From positions 51,150,001 through 51,214,000 of the forward strand of contig CM060733.1 in NCBI GenBank assembly GCA_030704615.1: 64,000 nt of DNA, in the 5' to 3' direction. Source of the stretch: Takakia lepidozioides (lineage: Eukaryota > Plantae > Bryophyta). How positions within the stretch are numbered: position 1 is the first letter of the stretch; each line of letters opens with the position of its first letter. Below, piece after piece: positions 13,440 to 25,105 of this stretch. The notes below the pieces were generated by a model. That model saw nothing but the letters and a program-made list of their open reading frames with translations. It was not told where the DNA came from and made no database searches. The translations under genes and the position numbers were made by a program.

Positions 13440-14814
13440 TCATTGGCAAGGAATGACTGTGTAGGAACGACATCTGCAGAGGGAACGTGCATTCTATCTT
13501 GGATGACAGTGCGAGTTTACAACCGTTGAGGCTAAAGAAGCATGAAATTGTTGAAGAATATATGGAGAAAATGGAGTTAATGATGAAGAAGCTGGCTGCG
13601 GTACCAGCATCAGGATTACAGAAGACTTGGTTTGTGAGTGGACTAAGGCCTGAATTACAAAAGAAAGTGGATATGCTACCTCATAATACAGTGGAGTAGG
13701 CATTCGAAACAGCCAACAGAATTGAGCAATTGGGAACGCTCAGGAGAGATAAAAGGCATGATGAGGACTCTGAAGATGAGTCAAATGAGGAAGAAGAGCA
13801 AGAGCTCAGGAGGAAGAGCAAGAAGAAGGAAAAGTTGAAGAGGGACAACTATGAAAAAAGACTGGAAGAAATCTTGAAAAATTACACCACAAAGGCTGCA
13901 ACACATTGGAGGAAGGGTGTTTGGTGTGCAAAGTGCCAAAATGAAGGCCATGCCACAATTGAATGCCACATGAAGGAGAAACATTGTACTATCTGTAAAA
14001 TGGATAACCATTCTACTGAGAATTGTTATTACAATAGAAAGACAGCTACAAGAGAACCTAGGCAAGTGAGGATGCATCAAGTGCAACCCCAGCCAAGAAG
14101 AAACAATGACCAGGACCACTATGGTAGGCCTGGTGGGTATAACAATGGTATGGCAGGAAGAGGTAATCCAAGAGGGAATTACCAAGGCAATCCCAGAGGC
14201 AATTATCAGGGTAATCCAAGGGGGAATTACCAAGGCAATCCCAGAGGCAATTATCAGGGTAATCCAAGGGGGAATTACCAGCCAGGGAATCAGGATTATA
14301 GAAATAATCCCATAATAGACCAAGGGCGAGGACCCAATGGTGAAGAACTGTGTTACTATTGTAACCAGGCAGGACATCGCAAAGCAACCTGTCCATTCAG
14401 GATTAGACACCAGAATGAGATGAGAGCTCCTGTGAATGAGGGCCCAGTAGTGGCAGCTCACATGGTTATGCCATGTTTTGTATCAGAAGTAAGTATAATG
14501 ATAGTTACCAGAAGCAAAGCTAAACTATTACCTCCAATGGATGAAGAAGAAGATGTTAATGAAGATGGCAGTGATGTGCCTGAAGACGATGATGCATGGA
14601 GAGATGAGAAGGAACTGCACAAGGAAGTGGTTGATACCATAAGGGAAATGCAGAAGGATACTGATATCCCTATGACAGATTCTTCTGACTCTGAAAGAGA
14701 AGATGAAGAAGGTGAAGATGAAGTGAAGCAAGAGGCTTCACAAGTGCAGGATAATGAAGGGGTTTTGGCTGAAGTAATATGCCAGTCCAAAGCTGAGATT
14801 ACAATTGGGATAGC
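13440..14814 (+). pseudogene. Host Ty3/gypsy gag (part 1 of a disrupted element)
   Basis: WFVSGLRPELQKKV; three CCHC knuckles (CAKCQNEGHATIEC, CTICKMDNHSTENC, CYYCNQAGHRKATC); reading ends ITIG at the 14815 insertion. Confidence 0.85.
14162..14281 (+). repeat. 24-bp coding minisatellite (GNPRGNYQ x5) in gag
   Basis: ggtaatccaagagggaattaccaa-type units. Confidence 0.9.
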
Positions 14815-15002
14815 TGTCGTGCGCATACATATCGCTACACAACTACATCGCTGTCCAAAACCACACAACACATGTGCACACCACACACTAGTATACCACT
14901 AGTCTACCACTAGTCCAGCCACTAGTCCAACCACTAGGCTACAACTAGTCAGTCACTAGGCTGCCACTACACTGCCCACTATGGCAGTCACTAGTCCACA
15001 CA
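14815..15002 (-). repeat. LTR module A, terminal copy (188 bp)
   Basis: Direct repeat of 15334-15521 with one mismatch seen (14971 vs 15490); bounded by TG...CA; rich in CCACTAGT motifs. Confidence 0.95.
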
Positions 15003-15004
15003 AT

Positions 15005-15521
15005 TGATAAAGAAGAAGAATACAAGCACAAGCTCATGCGAGCTCACAAAGCTGAAGCATAAACTCATGCATATATAACCTCATCACTCAAATACAAGTC
15101 AAGCCAAGTGCACCCCACGCCATGGGGAATCCACACTACGGCGCCATAGCTAGGCGCGGTGAGGCTCAACTCGAGAAAGATGAGCCTCCCGCGCTTGCCG
15201 TGAAGATAATCACTCCAGGGCCTAAATCTGCCTTGACCCCTGGATTGATATTTGGGCCAATCCCAAATGTCAATATGTAAAAGATAGCTATTTCCTAGCT
15301 AGTTTCACACTAGTGGTAAAATAACTTGACAGCTGTCGTGCGCATACATATCGCTACACAACTACATCGCTGTCCAAAACCACACAACACATGTGCACAC
15401 CACACACTAGTATACCACTAGTCTACCACTAGTCCAGCCACTAGTCCAACCACTAGGCTACAACTAGTCAGTCACTAGGCTGCCACTACGCTGCCCACTA
15501 TGGCAGTCACTAGTCCACACA
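15005..15521 (-). repeat. Complete 517-bp 3' LTR (module A 15334-15521, GC spacer, module B 15005-15331)
   Basis: On - strand TGTGTGG...TTTATCA, preceded by PPT-like AGGGGGGCG plus AT (15522-15532). Confidence 0.9.
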
Positions 15522-15781
15522 ATCGCCCCCCTAGCTGGTGCTTAGGTCCCTCTAAGTCCAGGTAGCCACAAGATGTGATAGTGACCATAGCCTCACTAAG
15601 TCCTCCACCACTATCCCTACTACACTCAAACTCGATAGATCAAGAGGCCGGGTGCAAGAGTTGCCCCATCGTTAGTCGCCGTCTTGCAACCTGTGAACTT
15701 GAGCTTGGGATCTCATGTATTGACTCCTATGAGCTTGGCCTCCCATGTCTTGTTAGCTGCCTCCAGTCATGTCCACTGCCA

Positions 15782-17629
15782 CTATCCCAAGCAGTGTGGA
15801 CACAACCAATCTCCGTCAGGAACCTTCTCAAGAGGTGGTGTCAAGCATCCCATATGCCAACCCCTTGAGCACCGATCACACACCGGCATGGTGGCTGCCC
15901 CTTTGGCAGACCCACAGAGCATGCACCTCAAACCTGCAGGTACCACTGCCAAGTTTGGGTCAACTCTGCCATCGACATTGGGAAGGTGACATGGCGCATA
16001 ATTACGCACATGATCTTTCCAAGTCATGCCATCCCGACCCTCTAAGATCAGGACCCCTGAGGGCAACACCTCTCGAACCCTCAGAATAACACGCCCTGCA
16101 GTAACATCCAGAGTCGTAGGAGCAGTCTGCTGCAAATAAACATAGTCACCAGGGCTAAACCTCCGAACCCCAGGACGATATCCTCCACCACGTATAGTGG
16201 CATACCTCAACGTATCACGATGCTGTGCAATGGCAAGGTTCTCAAAAGCCATGGGCATGACTTTATTGAACAACTCTGCACGCTGATCACATGCACGTAC
16301 CCACACGTCCGGATTGTCAAGGTTAAGGACTTGAGCAGTGTCCCTACGAATGGCTGTAGGCAAATCCGGCTCTCGGCCAAAGAGAAGGAAATATGGTGAG
16401 AAGGAGGCAAGTGATGCTTGTTTGCTGAACCTGTAGCCCATGGCTAACCAAGGAACCTGAAGATCCCAATCTCCTAGGTGTCCCTTCTGCAAGCCATACT
16501 TGCGCAAACCCCTCTTCACCGTCTGAACAACTCTCTCTGCTAAGCCATCAGCCTCAGGATGATCCCGAGAAGTGGTGCGGTGGTCTATCAAGGCTTTATC
16601 ACACAAAGCCTGAAACTCCCCCAAGAACTCTCTCCCTTGGTCCGTGAGTACCTCAGCTGGAGCACCAAATCGGCTAAGCACACGATCCAAGAATGCATAC
16701 GCAGCCCCCTCACTAGCCTTGTCAGGCAATGGAACCAACTCAATCCACTTGGAGAAATGCTCCACCATCACCAACACATATCTGTGGTGGCGCATAGTCA
16801 GTGGCAACGGTCCTGCGAAGTCAAGACTCCATCTGTAGCCCAATCCCATGATAGGTAAAGGATGCAACTGTGGTATAGGGGCGTTAAACGAAGCACGCAC
16901 CCTGTCACACACCATGCACCTAGCCACAAACTGTTGCACCTCTGTATGCATACCACGCCACCAATACTGCCCCTGCAGTAAACTGTGAGTGCGTCGCACT
17001 CCAAAATGCCCCAACTCCTCATGGGCATGCCGCACTAACCATGCACGCTGTGTGGGGTGAGGCACAATCCTCACCCGACCACCCTCCCACACTCGAAGTA
17101 GGTGTATCCCCTCCCACTTGAACCTCTTGGCTCGTTGTAGGATCCGATCCCTCTCCCTGGCAGTCACAATGGCTGCCGTGTCTCCCGTGCGGAGGTAGTC
17201 CAACACAGTCGAATCCTCATGTATATCTCTGGCACCACCTAGCTCATCACTAGCCTCAGGGTCCTCAGACACTCCGTCTACAGTCATCCCTGTTGTAGGT
17301 CCAATCTGACCTCCCGATGCCAAGATACACAAAAATGCAGATGCGTGCCATCCCGGCACCATCTCCTCGTCCGTCTCACCATGCCACCGAGCTCCAGTGT
17401 CATCCTGCTGGCTCATGCATGGATTGCGACTCAATCCATCCGCATCCCGATTGACCAAACCCGGTCGATGCACAACCTGAAAGTCATACTCCTGGAGTAT
17501 AAGTGCCCACCGTGCAAGCTTCCCCGTAAGCTTGTCTGACTCCATCAACCACTTGAGTGGCTGGTGATCCGTGACAAGGGTGAAAAGATTGCCGTATAGA
17601 TAGCACCTGAAGTGTGCCACGGCCCACAC
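15782..17629 (-). CDS. RNase H C-terminus, integrase (HHCC, DDE) and C-terminal PHD finger
   Basis: WAVAHFRCYL...TDHQPL; HEELGH...CMVC; WSLDFAGP...LTDQGREF...GLAER; PHD C4HC3: CMLC...CDRC...HMGC...WLCPHC. Confidence 0.93.
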   Translation of the reverse strand: MWAVAHFRCYLYGNLFTLVTDHQPLKWLMESDKLTGKLARWALILQEYDFQVVHRPGLVNRDADGLSRNPCMSQQDDTGARWHGETDEEMVPGWHASAFLCILASGGQIGPTTGMTVDGVSEDPEASDELGGARDIHEDSTVLDYLRTGDTAAIVTARERDRILQRAKRFKWEGIHLLRVWEGGRVRIVPHPTQRAWLVRHAHEELGHFGVRRTHSLLQGQYWWRGMHTEVQQFVARCMVCDRVRASFNAPIPQLHPLPIMGLGYRWSLDFAGPLPLTMRHHRYVLVMVEHFSKWIELVPLPDKASEGAAYAFLDRVLSRFGAPAEVLTDQGREFLGEFQALCDKALIDHRTTSRDHPEADGLAERVVQTVKRGLRKYGLQKGHLGDWDLQVPWLAMGYRFSKQASLASFSPYFLLFGREPDLPTAIRRDTAQVLNLDNPDVWVRACDQRAELFNKVMPMAFENLAIAQHRDTLRYATIRGGGYRPGVRRFSPGDYVYLQQTAPTTLDVTAGRVILRVREVLPSGVLILEGRDGMTWKDHVRNYAPCHLPNVDGRVDPNLAVVPAGLRCMLCGSAKGAATMPVCDRCSRGWHMGCLTPPLEKVPDGDWLCPHCLG

Positions 17630-17634
17630 TGCAG

Positions 17635-18915
17635 CTAAGCACTCTCCCTCATATGAGCTGTATTAGCCTCTGCAGCGTTGTTCGAGCGGCTAGCGTAAGC
17701 CACTACGAACTCTCTTCCCTCATCATCCACCTGTGTGAGCACCGCTCCAAGCCCCAGCATGCTCCAATCCGTATGCAGCTGAAAGGGACGCCCCCTGATA
17801 GGTCGTCTCAAGATAGGCGCCGAGGTCAACCTCGCCTTGAGCTCTTGAAAAGCTCGTTCCTGCTCATCTTCCCACTGCCACTCCTGGTCCACCTTGGTCA
17901 GCTTGGTTAGAGCCTTTGCAATGGTACTAAATCCCTTGACAAACCGTCTATAATAGTTTGCCAACCCCATGAAAGCTCGAACTCGGCTCACATCCGTGGG
18001 GCGTGGAATTTGTGCAATGGCCTCTACCTTAGTCTGCTGTACCCCCAATCCTCCAGGATATATCATGTGATCCAGATACTCAATCTGGTTGTGGAAAAAC
18101 TTGCACTTCCCCGGATGCAACTTCAATCCGTGCGCTCTCAAGCGCTCCAATACCACCTGAAGGTGTCTCTCATGCTCCTCCATCGTAACACTAAAGATGA
18201 TGATGTCATCTATGTAGCACCGAGCAAAGTCCACCCCTGCTAGAATCCTATCCATGACTCTCTGAAACTCTGCAGGAGCATTCTTAAGCCCAAATGGTAA
18301 GAACCGCCACTGATATAGGCAATCCTTGCCGTGCTCATTGATCCCCCAGAATGCCGTCTTCTGCTTGTCCGCCTCCTTGATTGGCAACTGGTGATATCCG
18401 GATCGTAAATCCAAAGTGCTAAAGGCCTTAGCATGCCCGATGGCATCAAAGATCTCCTCTGGTGTTGGCATGGCATACTTATCGGACTTGGTCTGACGAT
18501 TTACAGGCCGGTAATCACCGCACATACGTCTCTCCGTCCAATTGCCATAGACATCCTTCTTGGCTGGCATCACTGTGGCTGAAGCATACTCTCCACCAGA
18601 GAGCTCCACCAAACCTGCCTCCCAGAGATCTTGAGTCCTCATCTGAATCAAAGACCTCTCCATGTCACTGTATCTATAGGGTCTCCGAAAGATTGGCGTG
18701 TCAGTGGCCAACTCAATACGGATCTCTTGACCCTTCAGTGCTCCCAAGTCCTTCAAACTGAAGGCAAAGCAATTCCTGTAAGCCCTCAGGAACCGCCGTA
18801 TACGTCGTCTCTCTCCTCCGGTGACAATGGGTCCAATGTCAGGCTCCCAATTGTCCTCCGTAACTACAACCTTAAGTCCAGTGGGCTTAGAGGTAGAGGA
18901 CGCGTCCCGTGGTTG
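17635..18915 (-). CDS. Reverse transcriptase and RNase H N-terminus
   Basis: RMCGDYRPVN, LDLRSGYHQ, LPFGLKNAP, YIDD, LHTDWS...LGAVLTQ; frame continuous with the upstream ORF across one TAG at 18916-18918; frameshift near 17630. Confidence 0.95.
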   Translation of the reverse strand, partial: QPRDASSTSKPTGLKVVVTEDNWEPDIGPIVTGGERRRIRRFLRAYRNCFAFSLKDLGALKGQEIRIELATDTPIFRRPYRYSDMERSLIQMRTQDLWEAGLVELSGGEYASATVMPAKKDVYGNWTERRMCGDYRPVNRQTKSDKYAMPTPEEIFDAIGHAKAFSTLDLRSGYHQLPIKEADKQKTAFWGINEHGKDCLYQWRFLPFGLKNAPAEFQRVMDRILAGVDFARCYIDDIIIFSVTMEEHERHLQVVLERLRAHGLKLHPGKCKFFHNQIEYLDHMIYPGGLGVQQTKVEAIAQIPRPTDVSRVRAFMGLANYYRRFVKGFSTIAKALTKLTKVDQEWQWEDEQERAFQELKARLTSAPILRRPIRGRPFQLHTDWSMLGLGAVLTQVDDEGREFVVAYASRSNNAAEANTAHMRESA

Positions 18916-21013
18916 CTATGCTGCAACCTCTTGAGCAGTACTCCCTACCTGCTCAGTCAATGACAAGGCATCATCCTGCCCCATCATCTCATCCTTGAGG
19001 ACCTCCTCAACTCGAGAAGAATCCCCAACCTCATCCATCACAGCCGCCTTGGCTGCCAACTCCCTCTGAACCTCGAGCACCTCCCACGTGTGCCATGGAT
19101 GCATGCACCCCGTGGTCCTCATATGCTCGCCCCCACTCACTGCCTGTACCGTCTCGGTAGGCAGAGAGACCATTGAGGGAAGTGTATTCCGCACTCTGCG
19201 TTGCTCAGCTAGAGCCAAGCTGATAATCCAGGTCAAGCAATTGAGATCCATTGCTTGCCCCAACACTTGACGACGTGATGCCTCAGAAAGAGACGACACC
19301 GCCGTGGTACCAGTGGTAAAACCCATTGCCCGCTCACGCTCGTCAGCATTAGGCTCCACTAACTGCTGCAACTGAGCATCCCACAGGAGGCCAGGTCCAC
19401 TATCCCGGAAAATGCGATCCTGGGAAGCTGAGCAGTGTAGGTAATGCTGCTCGTGGTTGACCCACCTTGTTGACCACTGCCAAAGGCGAACGGTCATCGT
19501 GTCTCACACGTTGAGACTGCCTCCCTGTGTCCAGAATGTTATCCACTGTGAGATGTGCTGGCCGCTGCACCCCATCAAATGCACGCTTGAGCAGTGCGGG
19601 TGGCATCATGTTAGTCCACCATAGCCGTGGACGATGAGCCCGTGACCCCACTGTAGCTGCATCTAGCAACACTGCTGACCCAAGCCACGACCGGACTTGA
19701 TGCACACTGGCCATCACCCTGGCCCGAGAATCGCCCATCAGTGGCACATTCTCCAAGATGTATGCTGGAGATACAGCTTGATGAAGCTGCAAGTGGCGCA
19801 AAACCCGCACCATCTCCCAAAACAGACCCGACCTCGAGTCTCGCAATCCATTGCCATGCCCGGCTGATGAATGCCCTTGGCAGGGCCAACCTGCCACTAC
19901 CAGATCAATGGAGCCAACCCGCTCCAAATCCTGCGCCCCCAGCAACGAAATGTCTGCTGGCAAGGCCTGCTGATATCCACGAATTGCAGACACCGACAAC
20001 AACTCAGGGTACCGCTGCACCAACTGAGCAACATGGCGAAGTGAAACGCGTCGTGCAGTCTCATCCCTCTCCACATACAGGTAACGCCGAACTCGTACAC
20101 CTGCCTGTAACACAGCAGCCAATCCGGTGCTGATCCCGCCAAACAAGTCCAGAAGACAAATGCCTTCATCCGGAGACTGCCACACAATAGGTGTGGTGTC
20201 CAATGGAGACAATTGAGGTGGTCCTGGTGCAATCCCCACACTCTCCTCCTCTCCTGACGGTACAAAAGCCTCCACCCAGGCTTGTTGCACCCGTCGATCA
20301 GCATCCCGCTGCAAATCCTTGCTCGTGCCCCACAATGGAGTCTGAGCAACCATGGTAGGCAACTCCGCCATACCATACATGTCATCCTGCTCTCCCGGAG
20401 GTGGTACATCCTCTGAATGAGCATTGCCCTCAAGCAACTCTCTAGGCCAACTCACTGCCGCTGTGAATGCTGCTAGTGTCGGCATCTTGCCTCGCTGGGC
20501 AACCGCAACTCCTCCTATGAACGTCACAGGGAGCTGCACACGCCGGCCCTCCCCTGACTGCCATGCAGGCCTATAGGAAGCTGACTCCTCCCAAAAATCC
20601 AGGGTGAAGCCCATGGGGTACAACACTGCCCCACCAACCAGGACATCGTATGAGACTGCGTCTGTCACAATGGCCTTGGCTCGCATCACTGAGCCATCTG
20701 TAGGGTGATCCGGCCGTAGTCTGATAGCCAACTCACGCCGTGTCATGCCCCGAGCCTGCTCCGATCCTCCCAGAGACGTCTGTATCTGGAAAGGACAAGG
20801 CTCCATATCCGCCTCCGTGAGGCCCAAGCCTGCAATAGCAGCTCTGCCCAGCATCAATGGCTGAGCTCCCGAGTCCAACAAGACCCGCAGTGGCCGGTAC
20901 CTCTTGCCTGCCGGTCCACTCAAACAGAAAATGCCATCCTGGTTGTCTAACATGACAACTCCAGGTGTCACCATGGCGCGCTCAATGGCTGGCCTAGCTG
21001 GCAGCTCCATCAA
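18916..21013 (-). CDS. Aspartic protease fused to a DNMT3-like C5 cytosine methyltransferase (frameshift near 19400-19430)
   Basis: VLLDSGA (protease); motif I LDLFGGIS, YVERD, motif IV GWPCQG, motif VI ENV, motif VIII AHRPRLWWTN, motifs IX/X ERERAMGF...RRQVLGQAM. Confidence 0.92.
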
Positions 21014-23078
21014 CCTGGCAGCTGCAGCTTGCCATGGCGCCGCCGTGGCAGTCTTACCCTCAAATCCGAGGATCCCTCCGGCACTACACCTCCCACTATC
21101 TCCGCAGAAGATGAAGTAACCTCCCCACTCTCACAGAGTGTAGCTGCCAGCCTGAACACCTCAGCTGGTCTTACCCCCGGCGTCGCAATCATGGTAGCCG
21201 AGAACAATGGAGCCTGGCACACAGATGTGGCCGCTCCTAGCAGCACACTAGCTGCCGTAGCCTTGGCAACACTAGGTAGTGGTGCTACCCGTGTAGCTCT
21301 CCCCAATGGCATAGTAACCTCCGCCTCGGTAACAGTCGGGCGAGAACTAGGTGCCATGGATGGCGTCGACACTGTCTCCGCCAATGTGAATGACTGAGGA
21401 AGCCTAGCCTGACGGCTTGCCTCCCCACGCTGTGGATCCAACTCCACCTCTGCACCTCGTGGCTCAGGAACTCGTGCTGCTCCTCGAGTCACGGCTGCAG
21501 CAGACTCCACCTGCACTAGTGGTAGTGCTGCTCCACACATGAATCCCATGCCTCCCATATCTCCTCCCTCAGGAGCAGGAGGTGGACCATCCGGCCTTAG
21601 AGCCGGTACCACCTGAGCTGTAGCCATGGCAGCGAGCCTCTGCTCTAGCTGCTGAAGCCGGTTGGCCATGCCTTGGTCAACACCCTGACCTCCGCGTCCT
21701 TGGCCACGTTGAGCTTGCCCTTGGCCTCGTGGCTGGCCACCTCGTCCCCTCTGGGCTGCTCCACCTCGCCCCCGGCCACCATTGTTCCCTGGAACTGGCC
21801 TGGGCGCAACTCAGGATGCAAACCATAACACTGAGCCTCTCCATGCCCGTGTTTGCCACAATGCCCACACTGTAACTGTGCAGGCTGTGCATGTGCCGGC
21901 CCTTTGCCTCCCTCTGGACAATCCTTCTTGACATGGGGTCCTCCACATGTCCAGCACACCACATCCGCCCGTTGTTGGCCAGCAAATGAAGGGAGAGACC
22001 CCTGCATCTGAGGTCCTCTCTGCCCTTCCCTGAGCTTCACCTGAGCCCCCTTGTTGCCTTGAGCACGTTGAGGTAGTGGTTGGCTAGGAGCACCACTACC
22101 CCGTGGTGTCTCCTTAGCAAATCCCACCATGACCACTCGTTCCTCCACCATGTTGAGCTCTATCCGCTCTGCCAGCAAAAACACATTTGCTAAGGTGGGT
22201 TGGGCCGCTTGTAGGAGAGTTGCATCCCGCACCCTTCTCCTCAGCTCCTTGTCCAATATCCCATACCAGAATTGGACTGCCTGAGCTTCCGTAACCCCTT
22301 GGGTTACATTTATCAAGCGCCTCATGCGAGTGAAAGCCTCCCTCAAGCTCTCGGTCGGCTTCCGTTGGAACTCTTGCAAGCTCCGCAACTTCTCTGTCCT
22401 CACCCCTTGGTAGTTCCCTCTCAACTCTTCGAAGAACTCCACAACAGGGTTGAAGGCAGGCACGGGTGCTAGTGCTGGTGCGGTAGTGGCTTGGGTGGAC
22501 GTCGTAGCTACTGTACCACCAGTCCCACTGCTGCTTGCTGAAGCTGCCGGTGCAGCGGCAGGTGTAGCCACTGCCCTCGTGGCTCTAGTGCCCCTAGTGA
22601 TGGAGATATAGTCGGGTGACCAGTACATCCTCCACTCCTCGATCTCAACCTCATGCCCCCGCCTGAACTCATGGTAATCATCCATAGGCGGCCCCTCAAG
22701 GTGCTGAAACAGCCCCTTCCATGCCATGAAAGGCGTAAATAGTTGTGGATTGCGCATTTGCTGCAAATCACACCAACTATCAAACTCTTGGATAAAATCA
22801 TCCAACTCAATGGTGCCCACCGCCCCAGAGTACCTTCGTGGCCCCTTGGTAGCTCCATACATCTCCTCCATTGTGTCCCACAACAATGGCAAAGAAACAA
22901 CTTGCACCGCCGGTATGAGTCCTCCCGATTCACAATCCGAATCAGAACCTTCCGTAGAAGACACAGGAGGTGAAGGTGGCCTAAACCGCACACCTCGTCT
23001 CGTGTACCCACTAGTATCGCTAGTGCTCGAACCGGCACTGTCCCCAGCAACTAGTGGCACCTCCGTGTTGACACTCAA
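21010..23078 (-). CDS. Gag (frameshifted; ORFs 21645..23078 and 21010..21669)
   Basis: Retrotrans_gag-like LQEFQRKPTESLREAFTRMRRLI...FWYGILDKELRR; knuckles CWTCGGPHVKKDC and CGHCGKHGHGEAQC. Confidence 0.85.
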
Positions 23079-23809
23079 CCGGTCATGAACATGTCCCTAA
23101 CCCCCTCTTCACAAGGTAACCGGGTAGAGAACCTGTTGCGGCTTATGGTTTGGAATACTAAGTTCCTAACATAGCCTACACCTGTACCTGCATCCACCGC
23201 AAGCACTCCTATGGTTGGCTGGTCATCACCTCCAACCTCACCACAGGAGAAACAATGATGGTCTGGCTGGTCATCACCCCAGCCTCACCATCGACAGCAT
23301 GCTCTAGGACTGGCCGGTGATCAAATCCGGACCAATCACCTATAAAAACAAGCGCCCACACAAAACTAGCATGTCGCACAGTCAAGCATGCAGGTATGGA
23401 GGGGATCCAAACACAAGAAATCAGATCGACAACTCCCCCACACCAAAAACAACTCCACGGTGTTGCTCCTGCAAGGACACCCCAGCCCAAACCCGGACTG
23501 ACTCTTGCCTCCACCTACGGAAAGGTCTTGGCCTAATGAGAGGGTGGAAACTACGAGGAAGAGAAGCTAAAGCAATGCCTAACCCACATGCTCTCATCCC
23601 AACACTCTGCCTCTCCTCTCTACCCTCACTTGCATGACCATGGGAATATCTTGAAGATACTCCTCAAACCGCCCTCCACGAGCTTCAAAATTCGGCCTTC
23701 CAGACCACATGCCAGTCCTTAGGCAATCCACCAGTGCCTCCACGAGTCAGCACAGGCCGTCCACAGGTCAACACGGGTCACCACAGACCAGCACAGGCCC
23801 CCACAGCTC

Positions 23810-25105
23810 ACTGGTCACAGCCGTCACAGTCCCACAGGCCACTGGGCACAGCCTGTCGCAGCCCCTCACAGCCTGTCACAGCCTCAAAGGCCTCAGGCAC
23901 GGCCTGTCATAGCCCCTCACAGCCCCTCACAGCCCGTCACAGCCCCAAAGGCCTCAGGCACGGCCTGTCACAGCCCCTCACAGCCCCTCACAGCCTCAAA
24001 GGCCTCAGGCACGGCCTGTCACAGCCCCTCACAGCCCGTCACAGCCCTCAAAGGCCTCAGGCACGGCCTGTCACAGCCCCTCACAGCCCGTCACAGCCCC
24101 AAAGGCCATGGGCACGGCCTGTCACAGCCCCTCACAGCCCGTCACAGCCCCAAAAGGCCTCAGGCACGGCCTGTCACAGTCCCTCACAGCCGTCACAGCC
24201 CCAAAGGCCATGGGCACGGCCTGTCACAGCCCCTCACAGCCCGTCACAGCCTCACAGGGCACAGGGCACAGCCTGTCACAGCCCATCACAGCCCATCACA
24301 GCCTGTCACAGCTTGCCACAGCCCGTCACAGCCTCAAAGGCCTCAGGCACGGCCTGTCACAGCCCTCACAGCCTCAAAGGCCTCAGGCACGCCTGTCACA
24401 GCCCCTCACAGCCCGTCACAGCCCCAAAGGCCATGGGCACGGCCTGTCACAGCCCCTCACAGCCCGTCACAGCCCCAAAGGCCATGGGCACGGCCTGTCA
24501 CAGCCCCTCACAGCCCGTCACAGCCTCAAAGGCCTCAGGCACGGCCTGTCACAGCCCCTCACAGCCCATCACAGCCTCAAAGGCCTCAGGCACGGCCTGT
24601 CACAGCCCCTCACAGCCCGTCACAGCCCCACAGGCCTCAGGGCACAGCCTGTCACAGCCCCACACAGCCCGTCACAGCCCCAAAGGCCACTGGGCACAGC
24701 CTGTCACACAGCCTGACACAGCCCGTCACAGCCCCACAGGGCACAGGGCACAGCCCATCACAGCCCATCACAGCCCGTCACAGCCCGTCACAGCTCCACA
24801 GGGCACAGGGCACAGCCTGTCACAGCCATCACACAGCCCATCACAGCCTGTCACAGCTTGCCACAGCCATCACAGCCCGTCACAGCCCCACAGGCCACTG
24901 GGCACAGCCTGTCACAGCCTGACACAGCCCGTCACAGCCCCACAGGGCACAGGTCACAGCCTGTCACAGCCCATCACAGCCCATCACAGCCTCAAAGGCC
25001 TCAGGCACGGCCCGTCACAGCCCATCACAGCTCGCCACAGCTTGACACAGCCCGTCACAGCCCGTCACAGCCCGTCACAGCTTGCCACAGCCTGTCACAG
25101 CCCCA
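23810..25105. repeat. About 1.3-kb higher-order minisatellite of CACAGCCYST decamers in the element's 5' leader
   Basis: cacagcccgt/cacagcccct/cacagcctgt units punctuated by aaaggcctcaggcacggcctgt. Confidence 0.95.

Noticed and set aside
14815-14902. C-terminal tail of the 390-aa gag ORF
   Set aside because: Read-through into the inserted LTR module A
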